In this document: positions 1 to 8,614 of the stretch, one piece after another | How the letters are laid out: every line of letters begins with the position of its first letter | Numbering within the stretch: the first letter of the stretch is position 1 | Origin: Candidatus Hadarchaeota archaeon | Lineage (GTDB): Archaea; CAYQAE01; CAYVLA01 | Length of the DNA: 22,556 nt | Direction: 5' to 3' | Assembly: GCA_964452145.1 (NCBI GenBank) | Contig: CAYVLA010000048.1 | Location: 1 to 22,556 of the forward strand | Notes under the pieces: generated by a model | Seen by the model: the letters and a program-made list of their open reading frames with translations, nothing else | Told to the model about the DNA's origin: nothing | Databases searched by the model: none | Made by a program: the position numbers and the translations under genes

Positions 1-91
1 CAAGAAGGCCAGAAGAAGAGCCAGAAACCAGGAAGCCAACACAACCAGAGGGCCCGCCCTGTGAAGAAAGGAAAGGAGTGAAGCAGCCGGC

Positions 92-472
92 CGCCTCGAA
101 CCTGTGATCAAGGCCGCCAAGACCATAAAAGAAGCACTGGGACGGAGTACTCCAGTTCATCCAGAGCCGCATCAGCAATGGGGTGATCGAGGGACTGATC
201 AACAAGATCAAAACCTCTATAAGAAGAGCCTACGGATTCAAGTAACTCAAGTACCTGAAGATCATCATATACCTAGTGTGGTGGTGTATCCAAAGTCCCT
301 GGACATGTGTGCCTAGGGCATTTCCGGAAGCTGTGCGCATTGTCGCCTTTGGGTCCTGTCGACATAAGTGCAGATCCGTGGGATACACCACACCGGTAGC
401 GGAAGACCTAGATTTACCCACACCAGAGGACTTCACATAACTCCAACTACCCACACAGAGTTGAAGAGAACT
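92..472 (+). mobile_element. Right-hand remnant of an ISL3-family insertion sequence (degraded transposase C-terminus plus probable right end)
   Basis: Joining frames gives RLEPVIKAAKTIK (from 92), a frameshift at the A-run near 127-131, then KHWDGVLQFIQSRISNGVIEGLINKIKTSIRRAYGFK*LKYLKIIIYLV with an in-frame TAA at 243-245. After an insertion it continues VAEDLDLPT. The NG-x-EG-x-N-KIK-x3-R-x-AYGF pattern is the ISL3 transposase C-terminal signature. CCCACACAGAGTTGAAGAGAAC ending near 471 resembles ISL3 right termini. The segment is more A-rich than the rest of the window. Confidence 0.85.
281..391. mobile_element. 111-bp MITE-like insertion inside the ISL3 transposase remnant
   Basis: Perfect 11-bp terminal inverted repeat GTGGTGTATCC (281-291) / GGATACACCAC (381-391), extending to 19/26 matches. 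It interrupts the transposase exactly between ...IIYLV and VA-x-x-LDLPT. Flanks ACCTAGTGTG and ACCGGTAGCG may be a decayed target duplication. Confidence 0.6.
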
Positions 473-575
473 AACTGTTTTGACCATGGCTTAGACCAGA
501 CTGCCTCTTCCCTGTCTCTCACTCCCGCTTCCATTCTTAGGGAAGACGTTTATCCTCCAAGTCCTGTCCAGCTCC

Positions 576-1619
576 ATGTCGGGAGCGGAGATCTACGATC
601 TGATCTGGCAGGTGGATGAGTCAGTTCCCCGCATGGGCGAGGGGGATCTAGTCGAGCTGAGCGATGGGCGGCTTCTGCTTGCCTACACGGAGTTCTATGG
701 TGGCGCGGCCGACGGATCATCGGCCAGGATCGTGGCCCGAATCTCGGAGGATCGCGGGCTTAGCTGGGGTCCCAGGTTCGTTCTCCAGCCCAACGTCGGC
801 AGGCTCAACGTGATGTCGGTCAGCATCGAACGGCTCGATTCAGGCGGACTCGCCCTCCTCTATCTTGTCAAAAACAGCGAGTCTGACTGCAGGGCCTACT
901 TCAGAACCTCTCGAGACGAGGGCCGTACCTGGTCCGGCCATGTCTGCGCAACTCCCGAGAGAGGATACCATGTGGTGAACAACGATCGCCTCGTCCAGCT
1001 GGGCGATGGGCGCCTGGTAGTTCCTGCCTGCAGCTACCCCGAAGGGGTGCACGAGAAGCCGAACTGGTCGACGATCTTCTACTCCGACGATGAGGGTAAG
1101 ACATGGAGACGTTCGGAATCCACGGTCGCCGTGGAAGAGTCGAGATCGGGCATGCAGGAGCCCGGCGTGGTCGAGCTGAAGGATGGCAGCCTCTTGATGT
1201 TCATGAGATGCGATCTGGGCTACATCTACCAGTCGCGGTCCCTCGACGGCGGCCTAACGTGGAGCAATGCGGTGCCGACCGTTCTTCGTTCCCCGGTCTC
1301 ACCCTGCACTCTGAAACGGATTCCGTCAACTGGCGATCTCTTGGTCATATGGAACAACAGGGAAGGACATCCCGAAGGCGAGCCGTTCTCGCGCAGGACC
1401 CCTCTCACCGCCGCGGTGTCGGAAGATGGGGGGAGGGCCTGGGGCCGCATCAGGGACATAGAATCTGACCATGCTCGGACCTACTGCTACACGAGCGCCA
1501 CCTTCGTTGGAAGCCGGTGCTTCCTCACATACTACGTGTCAGAGGCAACGCTGCAGGGTGAGCGGGTTCTGGCTTCGTTGAAGCTGAGGATTCTGGATCA
1601 GGCATGGTTCTACGTGTGA
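576..1619 (+). CDS. Asp-box/BNR-repeat beta-propeller (sialidase-like fold), no signal peptide
   Basis: 347 aa with five Asp boxes (SEDRGLSW, SRDEGRTW, SDDEGKTW, SLDGGLTW, SEDGGRAW), QEP, RTPL and YCY motifs. No FRIP motif. Confidence 0.85.
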   Translation: MSGAEIYDLIWQVDESVPRMGEGDLVELSDGRLLLAYTEFYGGAADGSSARIVARISEDRGLSWGPRFVLQPNVGRLNVMSVSIERLDSGGLALLYLVKNSESDCRAYFRTSRDEGRTWSGHVCATPERGYHVVNNDRLVQLGDGRLVVPACSYPEGVHEKPNWSTIFYSDDEGKTWRRSESTVAVEESRSGMQEPGVVELKDGSLLMFMRCDLGYIYQSRSLDGGLTWSNAVPTVLRSPVSPCTLKRIPSTGDLLVIWNNREGHPEGEPFSRRTPLTAAVSEDGGRAWGRIRDIESDHARTYCYTSATFVGSRCFLTYYVSEATLQGERVLASLKLRILDQAWFYV

Positions 1620-1649
1620 TGCCTGCCCCGAGATCAAGCTAGGGTGCGG

Positions 1650-2792
1650 CTAGCCCAACAGTTCGGCATACCTCTCCAACCTGTGGAAGGTGATGTAGTT
1701 GGCATCGTGGAAATTGTGGGCCCCCTTAAACGCAGTCCTGACGAGGAAGAGCATGTCCTCCCCGTCGATCACAAAGTCAGGGTACTGAAAGCCGATTGTG
1801 CACTGCTTGCCGCGGAGACGCTCGCTCTGGGGCGCGTAGAGGAGGACGCACCGGCGGGTCCATTTGAGGAGGTCGGAGGAGGAGGATAGTACAAGGACGT
1901 TTCTCTGCCAAGGGTTCCTGGGGTTGAAAACCTCGTTTGACACGTTCCAGTAGACCCGGGCGGCAGGATCATATCTGATGCTGAACTTCGACATTCCCCC
2001 CGGGAAGTCGACAAAACCCCGTCTGGGATCGAAGCTGAGGATTGCGCCATCGGCGGAGACCTTTGTAACGGCGGCCCTGTTTGCCACGGGGTGGGAGTTC
2101 ACCCGCAGAATGTTCCAGATCTCCCCGGTGGGCGCCGAGACAACGTTGCCCTCCAGCCAACCAGCATCCCTGGGTCCGAACCCGGGCGGATCCTGTGTGG
2201 GATCGTAGGCAAGCTTGTTTGTCATGCGCCATGACCGGGACTTGAGCAGATCATCCCTCGTCCCTGCCGAGATGACGGCGGCATGGAAGCGGGGCCATCT
2301 GCCATATGCGTTATCTTCGAAGGCCCGCCACAGCCGCCCTTCGTGCTCAAGCATCGGCACCGGCGCGCAGTGGTAGTTGGGAGCCGCGGTCCCCTCTCCG
2401 CCTCGGAAGAGGAGGCCGGAATCTTCGCCCAAAGGGGTGGTCCAAGTCTTCCCGCCATCGTCCGAGCGCCTCACGACTATGTCGCCGTCGTGGGCCGAAC
2501 AGCCCAAGAGATAGACGGCGTCCCCGCGGCTATGGAGAGATGACCAGAAGGCTGCAGGCAGATCGGCTACGGGAACCCAAGTCTTTCCCCCGTCGTGGGA
2601 ACGGTGGATTCTGGACAGAAACTCGCTGCCCCAGGAGTCCTTCGGGCTCCCGGGACCGAAGAAATCGTGGGAAGCAATTATCGCCCCGTCGGGAGCAAGG
2701 CAGAGGCTTGGGCTGCCCAGATAGACCCGGGTCGCGGGATCGCTGTGGGCAACGATGTGCTCCAACGGGTCTGCGAAGACAGGGGTGAGCAT
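1650..2792 (-). CDS. Asp-box/BNR-repeat sialidase-like protein, no signal peptide
   Basis: Asp boxes SHDGGKTW and SDDGGKTW, plus YLGSPSL, WLEGN, FQYPDF and HNFHDANYITFH. Start placed at ATG 2792 behind GAAGGGA; GTG 2810 is the alternative. Confidence 0.8.
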   Translation of the reverse strand: MLTPVFADPLEHIVAHSDPATRVYLGSPSLCLAPDGAIIASHDFFGPGSPKDSWGSEFLSRIHRSHDGGKTWVPVADLPAAFWSSLHSRGDAVYLLGCSAHDGDIVVRRSDDGGKTWTTPLGEDSGLLFRGGEGTAAPNYHCAPVPMLEHEGRLWRAFEDNAYGRWPRFHAAVISAGTRDDLLKSRSWRMTNKLAYDPTQDPPGFGPRDAGWLEGNVVSAPTGEIWNILRVNSHPVANRAAVTKVSADGAILSFDPRRGFVDFPGGMSKFSIRYDPAARVYWNVSNEVFNPRNPWQRNVLVLSSSSDLLKWTRRCVLLYAPQSERLRGKQCTIGFQYPDFVIDGEDMLFLVRTAFKGAHNFHDANYITFHRLERYAELLG

Positions 2793-3107
2793 ATCCCTTC
2801 GTCCACCCACTCAATGCGAGACCAACCCTCACCAACTGAAATATCCTTCAATACAGGCGTTGATCCAGATCTGCCGCGTTCCTACTGGCACATATCCTGA
2901 AATCCCTGAAGCCCTCTGGCTGCCAGGGTCGGAGGCAAGTGGGGCGTTAAGGCAGTTCCTGCCAACCCGTCTGGAGGACATGCTCGGAGAGGCTATCTGC
3001 CCGGTGAGGCGAAGGTTCCGCCCCGCAAGGAGTCGTGTCATGTACCCCAAGGAAGATCTTTGACCACTTGATATCATGACACATCTTTATTCGGCTCATC
3101 CCAAGGC

Positions 3108-4406
3108 GTGGATTCGTCGCTGGGATGCTTGGTGGCTCTAGACCGCCTGATGAGACGGACGTTCATTCTTGGCATCCTAAACGGTGCCTTCTTCAACCTG
3201 GGGTCGGTCTTCATCGATCCCTCAACCGTTCTCGCCCTGTTCATCGCCGCTCTTACGGGTTCCGATGCTGCCGTCGGGCTGATGGCTGCCGCATCATCGA
3301 TCGGCACCATCGTGCCGCAGATCTTGGTTGCGGGCCGGGTGGGAGGAGTTGCCAAGAAGATGAGGTACTATCACTACTCGGTTGCCATTCGCGCTGCCGC
3401 TCTGCTGGGCTTGGTCTGCAGCGTGGCCTTCTTGTCGGCCGCAGGATTGGTGTCGGCCCTTGTGATCCTCACCTACGGCATCTACTCCTTCGGCGGAGGA
3501 TTTGCCTTCATCCCGTTCATGGAGGTGGTAGGCGATACGCTTCGACCTTCGCAGAGAAGCAGCTTCTTTGCTTTGAGGTCCTTCTTCGGAGGCCTGATGG
3601 CGATGCTCGGTGGATACGTCGTGAAAATCGTTCTATCCTCGCCCGACAGATTCGTCTTCCCGAAAGGCTACCTCATCCTCTTCGTGTTGGGAGCTTTCTT
3701 TGGTCTTCTGGCCATGATCTCCTTCTCGCTTGTCAAGGAGCCGGCCGTCGAGCGGTCGCTGAATTCCGTGCGCCTCGGTGAAACGATCAGGAGTGCTAGG
3801 CGTGTGCTGTCGGAAGATGAGGTATACAGGAGGTTCCTGGTGATCAGGTCCCTGATCGCGCTAGCCGGGATTTCCGGTCCGTTCTACGTGCTGCACGCGG
3901 TCAGGGTCTTGGAGCTGGAGGCGGGAAAGGTGGGCTTCCTCATCGTGTCGATGACGGCTGGAGGGGTCATATCGAATCTTGTATGGGGCAGAATCGGGGA
4001 CAGGCAAGGATCCAGAAGGGTGATTATCGGTGCAAGCATTCTCCTCTTCTCGGCCCCCCTTTCGGCCCTCCTTACGGGCATTGTGCACGATCTGTCCTCG
4101 GCCGTCGTGACCTTCCTTCTCCTGGGTCTGGCGAACGCCGGCGCATACATAGGGCTGACCAACTACCTCCTGGACCACTGCGAACCCGAAAGGCGCCCCA
4201 TCTATGTGGGCATGACGAACGTGGTCGTCGGGTTCCTATCCGCTGGACCCTTCATAGGGGGCTTGGTCTCGGGGTATTTTGGATACCAGATCCTCTTTCT
4301 CGTATCCCTTGTCTGTACCGGGGCTGCGGCGGTCCTGGCGCTTCGATTGTCAGAACCCAGGGGCGCCGCCGAGAAGAGGTTCCCGACCCATGTCAAGTAC
4401 TTCTGA
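3108..4406 (+). CDS. MFS transporter
   Basis: 432 aa with about 12 hydrophobic segments and MFS motif A (WGRIGDRQGSRRV). Start could be ATG 3150. Confidence 0.9.
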   Translation: MDSSLGCLVALDRLMRRTFILGILNGAFFNLGSVFIDPSTVLALFIAALTGSDAAVGLMAAASSIGTIVPQILVAGRVGGVAKKMRYYHYSVAIRAAALLGLVCSVAFLSAAGLVSALVILTYGIYSFGGGFAFIPFMEVVGDTLRPSQRSSFFALRSFFGGLMAMLGGYVVKIVLSSPDRFVFPKGYLILFVLGAFFGLLAMISFSLVKEPAVERSLNSVRLGETIRSARRVLSEDEVYRRFLVIRSLIALAGISGPFYVLHAVRVLELEAGKVGFLIVSMTAGGVISNLVWGRIGDRQGSRRVIIGASILLFSAPLSALLTGIVHDLSSAVVTFLLLGLANAGAYIGLTNYLLDHCEPERRPIYVGMTNVVVGFLSAGPFIGGLVSGYFGYQILFLVSLVCTGAAAVLALRLSEPRGAAEKRFPTHVKYF

Positions 4407-4558
4407 TCTCCGATGAAGCCCCACGGCGGGTTGAAGGTTCGTCCGGGGGGCCCGGCAAGCACAGTATCAGAGACAGTTAAAAAGGGGCATTCCACGGAGC
4501 GAGCGTGCATGCGGGATGTGCCTAGGGCGTTTGGCATGCATTAAGGAGAGAAAAGCGA

Positions 4559-4723
4559 ATGAGTTTTGAAAGACGCGGTCCAAGCAGAGGGCCTAGAGAG
4601 ATGCACAAGGCCACCTGCTCTGACTGTGGGCAGGAGTGCGAGGTTCCTTTCAAGCCCACGGAGGGCAGGCCCGTCTACTGCAGGGACTGCTACGCGAAGC
4701 GAAGGCCGCCGAGAAGGTACTAG
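4559..4723 (+). CDS. CxxC-x17-CxxC small zinc-finger protein (54 aa; absent from the ORF track)
   Basis: MSFERRGPSRGPREMHKATCSDCGQECEVPFKPTEGRPVYCRDCYAKRRPPRRY*, matching the family pattern C-x2-C-G-x4-VPF-x-P-x3-RPVYC-x2-C. SD AAGGAG upstream and TATA-like TTAAAA near 4478. Confidence 0.93.
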   Translation: MSFERRGPSRGPREMHKATCSDCGQECEVPFKPTEGRPVYCRDCYAKRRPPRRY

Positions 4724-4859
4724 GAACCCGAAGGCTTCTGAGCTTAAGTGCAATCGGATTCGGGCACAGTTGCGTCCTCGCTTCTGCGAGGTAGGTTCAT
4801 GGTTGCGCGCCTACAGCTGTGTGAGAGATCGCTTGCATCAGGCTGGGTACGTCTTGGGC

Positions 4860-4901
4860 GCGGGGGAATACCCCGCCTGTTTGATGAATTTTTTGTCTTT
4901 T
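4860..4901 (+). terminator. Probable terminator (GC hairpin plus T tracts)
   Basis: GCGGGG (4860-4865) pairs with CCCCGC (4871-4876), followed by TTTTTTGTCTTTT from 4889. Confidence 0.55.
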
Positions 4902-4912
4902 ATTTATGCCTT

Positions 4913-4944
4913 GCACGAATGCACGAACGTACGAACGTATGAAC
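4913..4944. repeat. Four-copy 8-bp degenerate tandem repeat
   Basis: GCACGAAT-GCACGAAC-GTACGAAC-GTATGAAC. Confidence 0.8.
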
Positions 4945-5542
4945 GCTCTATGAGTTGAGCGGTGCACGCCCACCACCCGTGGTGGTTGGCCGGCTGATGG
5001 TGCTCCGTGGTTCGGGCACGGCCCATGTTCGGATCCTCATCTTCGTCGATCTCGAGGAACCGTCCCAGACTCTGCTGGGCCAGCGCGCCGAACTGTTGGC
5101 CGCCCACAATCCTGAGACCGTCCGGGTCTCCTCCTTGACCAGCTCGGTAGTTCGCCCGACGGTTTGGGTACTGCAGATGGCAGGGGCGCTCGGTGCCAAA
5201 GACCGGGCGTCAGCGCTGAAGGTATCTTCAAATCCTCTCAGGCCGGCTCCTTCTCTTGGCAGTCCGAGGCTTTGATCTCGGCTCGATCATCCTTGCTCCC
5301 CAAATGGGTGGCCAGCTGAAGTATCCCCAAAGGAGGGGGAGATGCTCACCCACCAAGGATCAGAGGCTTTTCGGAGGCTCGATGATGGGGACCACCCCGC
5401 TCATTGAGCGGCAATGCCACCCCCTTTCTCCGTTCCCTCCGAATCTAGCGCAAGACAGGTTAGGGAGGTCTTGTGAGGCTCAATTAGCCTTCGGTACGGA
5501 AGGCTTAAGAGGGCCCTTAATATCTTGCCTTCCGGTGGTCTC

Positions 5543-5920
5543 ATGGCTGTTGATGACCAGATGTTGGAGGAGCTGAAGCACATCCGAGAGCTTCTGACAC
5601 CGAAACCGGCGCCGCCCGCGCCGCCGGCCGCCCCCAAGGGCATGTGGGGGGAGTTCGTCGACTTCCTCTCCAAGTACAAGGTGATGGGCCTGGCGGTGGC
5701 ATTCATCATGGGTATCTACCTTGGTGCCCTTGTGAAGGCGCTGGTGGATGACTTCATAATGCCCATGATCGAGTTCGCGACCCCCGATGTGAGCTGGGAG
5801 GCGATCACCGTGGGGCCGTTCCGGGTGGGCCACTTCCTGGGAGCGTTGATAACGTTCGTGATAGTGGCCCTGGTCATCTTCCTGTTGGTGAAGCTCGTCA
5901 AGAGATGGGGCGTAGAATAG
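5543..5920 (+). CDS. mscL: Large-conductance mechanosensitive channel MscL with atypical N-terminal extension
   Basis: EFVDFLSKYKVMGLAVAFIMG...LVKALVDDFIMP (S1 helix and TM1) and GHFLGALITFVIVALVIFLLVK (TM2). ATG 5543 follows TATA-like TTAATAT (5517-5523). Confidence 0.9.
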   Translation: MAVDDQMLEELKHIRELLTPKPAPPAPPAAPKGMWGEFVDFLSKYKVMGLAVAFIMGIYLGALVKALVDDFIMPMIEFATPDVSWEAITVGPFRVGHFLGALITFVIVALVIFLLVKLVKRWGVE

Positions 5921-5981
5921 GCGCTTAGCGCTTCTGGGTTCCGTACATCCTTGGTCTCCGGCGTATCGCCGGTAGCCTGGG

Positions 5982-8420
5982 CTAGGTCCAGCTCAGCTCC
6001 CAAGGCGTCAGATTTGACCGGGTTACGATCGGGACCAGAAGGGATCTGTTGGCGCCTTCTCGGACACCGGTCGGCTGGCCATTCACCAAAGCGGTTCCCG
6101 GGCTGTGGGGGGCCCCGGCAATGGCGAGGAAGCCTTCCTGGCCTGCGGGCCGCCTAATCTGCCCCCTGAGGGTCGTCCCATTCCATGCGACTCCGGAAAG
6201 CTCCAAGCCGCAGCTCTGGTGGAAGCTGGTTCCAACAACCCACGGGTGGACCCTCTTCTTCCGAAGGGCTAGTAGCTTGACGGCCGGCCCGAAGAAGTTG
6301 ACCTTCAGAGCATGCTCGTCGTCCTCGAGAACCATGGCCTGGGCATCTCCAGGGTGAACGTATCCCTCCCGGTTTTGCTGCTTCGCCGGAATATCCCCAA
6401 GGAACTGCCCCGACCAGAATTCATATGCCCAAAGGCCCTGCCCGGTGCCCAGGCCGAGTCTGTGCAGCGGTATCGTGAAGCCCGTTATCGTCGGGCGTCC
6501 GTCACGATCAAGGGGTGCCTCATAGCTGAACAAGGCAACGAGATGCCAGCTATCCCAGTCCGAAGACAGATGGAGACGCCAGACGCGTGAGCCCGGAAGC
6601 GAGGATCGAGGGGCCTCAGACTTGATCTCGCCGCGGCACATCGCTTCGTAGGCACAACATGAGATCTCGACCGGCTCGAAAAGATCGACGGGTCGAGCGG
6701 CAAGGCCCGTGGGTGGAAGCGTGGAGAGCAGTATCCGCCAGCGGTCCTCGGGAAGGAGTGTAAGGTCATCTCCCACATCAACTTGGCCGCCGGAAAGGAA
6801 TGTGGCTGTGGCACGGAGGCGTGATTCCTCGATCGTCCCAGGCAGGCCGACGCAGAGGCAGGAGGGTTGTATGACGCCCCACTTTCTGTGCTTGAAGAGG
6901 TGTCCGGCAAGGTTGTACCCATAGTTCTTCATGTGGTGGTCCCAGCCGACGTAGCCGGTGTTGCCCGAGTCGTTGCAGGCATATATCAGGGGGAAGGCGC
7001 CTTTGCCCGGGAGTTCGGGTCCCGAGCAGTTCAGAAGCAGCGCATCTGGGTGATAGGCCCGCAACTGGTCTCGGATGATCTCAAGGCCTGTGCGGGCGGC
7101 CTCGGTTCCCCCGCCGGCGACCATCCTTGGGTCGTCGCGCTGGCGCAATGCGGAATCGCCCGCGATGCCTATGAAGTCGGCTTTCAGATACCCTACGCCC
7201 CGTTCCCCAAGGGATCGAATGCTGTCCCGCAGCCATTCACGCGCCTGAGGATGGGTGAGATCCAGGCCGTAGACCTTTCCGTGGGGTTCCCAGAACCATT
7301 CTCCCCTTGCCAGAGGCCTCTGGCCCTCACCGCCCAGCAACCAGTCCGGGTGATCTCGGAAGACGGAATCGTGTTCACTTACGGTGAATGGGGCCTTCCA
7401 TACCCCTAGGATGAAGCCCAGTCTCTGTAATCTGGCCGAAAGCCACGCCAGTCCGTGCGGGAACTGGTCGTTCTCCTCAAAGGAGGAGGGTAGATGGCCC
7501 TTCTCCCAACCCAGATCGACCTGGATGATCGTCATCCCCAGATCCTTAAGCCTCCTCGCCGCCATCTCGGCGTTTGCTAGGACCCTATCCTCGGTCACCC
7601 CCAGACGATGGGGATACCAGCTGCACCAGGAAACCGGGCTCGTGGGCGGCAGTCTGACCCTGTGGCGCTTTCGGACGACGTCGGCATAGGACATTAGCAG
7701 ATCCCACGGGTCCTGGCCTGCCATGAGAAGGACGTCTTCCAGCCTGGTGTCTTCCCCGGGTTCGATCATGACATCGCCGCCATCGAAGCCGACCCACCAT
7801 GAGACGGGTTGCTGGCCAGGAATCTCCTGGGTGCCGATCCGTCCCAGCCATCTCTCCTCGGTGAGGAATCCCGCCAGAAGCGCGGCTCTGGAGGAGGCGT
7901 CGTAGCCTACCCAGCATAGATCGGATCGGTGCTTGGAAGGCGACACAGCCCCCCCTTCGGCCCCAGTGGGCTGTTCACTCTCGCTTGAGCCCAGCCATCT
8001 TACCCTGCACCAGTAGTTGCCCTGTTCGAATACTCTCACGGTGCTCGGGTCCTCCGAAAACGAGGCCCGGCCTTCGTAAGACGTGTCTAGTGAAAGCAGT
8101 CTGACCGCGTTCAGCGATATGGACTCGTCGGACAGATTTCTGATCTGGCTGTCCATCACGATGCCCCCGTTCTTGACGGCGAACCGCTGCAACAGCGTGA
8201 GGCCTGGCTCCACGTACTGGGTCCGCAGCACGGCCTGAGTAGGTTTTGTCACCCGGGAAGCTGTCGAAGCAGTCAACAGTTCCTTTCCGTCCACGGTGAT
8301 CTCAGGCCGCAGGGGGCCAATCCGCAGCGAATCGTTCAAGGAAGATGAGAGCTCAGGACCTGACCGACGCGACCTGAAGGCCAGGCGTAGAGCTCCTGCA
8401 TCAATCGATGGCGTTTTCAT
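5982..8420 (-). CDS. GH36-like (clan GH-D) glycoside hydrolase, alpha-galactosidase-like
   Basis: SWCSWY, IQVDLGW, FPHGL, LDLTHP and YLKADF (nucleophile Asp). ATG 8420 follows SD GGAGGA. About 812 aa, no signal peptide. Confidence 0.8.
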   Translation of the reverse strand: MKTPSIDAGALRLAFRSRRSGPELSSSLNDSLRIGPLRPEITVDGKELLTASTASRVTKPTQAVLRTQYVEPGLTLLQRFAVKNGGIVMDSQIRNLSDESISLNAVRLLSLDTSYEGRASFSEDPSTVRVFEQGNYWCRVRWLGSSESEQPTGAEGGAVSPSKHRSDLCWVGYDASSRAALLAGFLTEERWLGRIGTQEIPGQQPVSWWVGFDGGDVMIEPGEDTRLEDVLLMAGQDPWDLLMSYADVVRKRHRVRLPPTSPVSWCSWYPHRLGVTEDRVLANAEMAARRLKDLGMTIIQVDLGWEKGHLPSSFEENDQFPHGLAWLSARLQRLGFILGVWKAPFTVSEHDSVFRDHPDWLLGGEGQRPLARGEWFWEPHGKVYGLDLTHPQAREWLRDSIRSLGERGVGYLKADFIGIAGDSALRQRDDPRMVAGGGTEAARTGLEIIRDQLRAYHPDALLLNCSGPELPGKGAFPLIYACNDSGNTGYVGWDHHMKNYGYNLAGHLFKHRKWGVIQPSCLCVGLPGTIEESRLRATATFLSGGQVDVGDDLTLLPEDRWRILLSTLPPTGLAARPVDLFEPVEISCCAYEAMCRGEIKSEAPRSSLPGSRVWRLHLSSDWDSWHLVALFSYEAPLDRDGRPTITGFTIPLHRLGLGTGQGLWAYEFWSGQFLGDIPAKQQNREGYVHPGDAQAMVLEDDEHALKVNFFGPAVKLLALRKKRVHPWVVGTSFHQSCGLELSGVAWNGTTLRGQIRRPAGQEGFLAIAGAPHSPGTALVNGQPTGVREGANRSLLVPIVTRSNLTPWELSWT

Positions 8421-8614
8421 CCGGAATCCTCCAATCTCACTGAGCGCTCGCATTTTGGTCCGGGCCTCGGTACGGATTAATGTCCCCGAGGTGAGATGAT
8501 TCTCTGCCCCGTCTTTGTGCTGATGGGTCCTGGCCGGGATGGGTTGCTTCCACTCTCTTCCCCTTATAGCATTTTTATGCGTCGGCTCCGCAGGGCGGGG
8601 CGAGGAGGAAGCTG

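Noticed and set aside
2829..3090. Short ORFs and the GTGTCATG/CATGACAC inverted repeat (3035-3082) upstream of the MFS gene
   Set aside because: ORFs lack motifs, and an 8-bp repeat with a 32-bp spacer is too weak alone.
308..4532. TGTGCCTAGGGCRTTT shared between 308-323 and 4517-4532
   Set aside because: A few 15/16 matches are expected by chance in 22 kb.
4541..4958. ORFs 4541-4753 (-) and 4566-4958 (+)
   Set aside because: Antisense and off-frame shadows of the real 54-aa Zn-finger gene.
4948..5480. Possible decayed gene or transposase fragment
   Set aside because: No frame gives a motif I can identify with confidence; a translated search would be needed.
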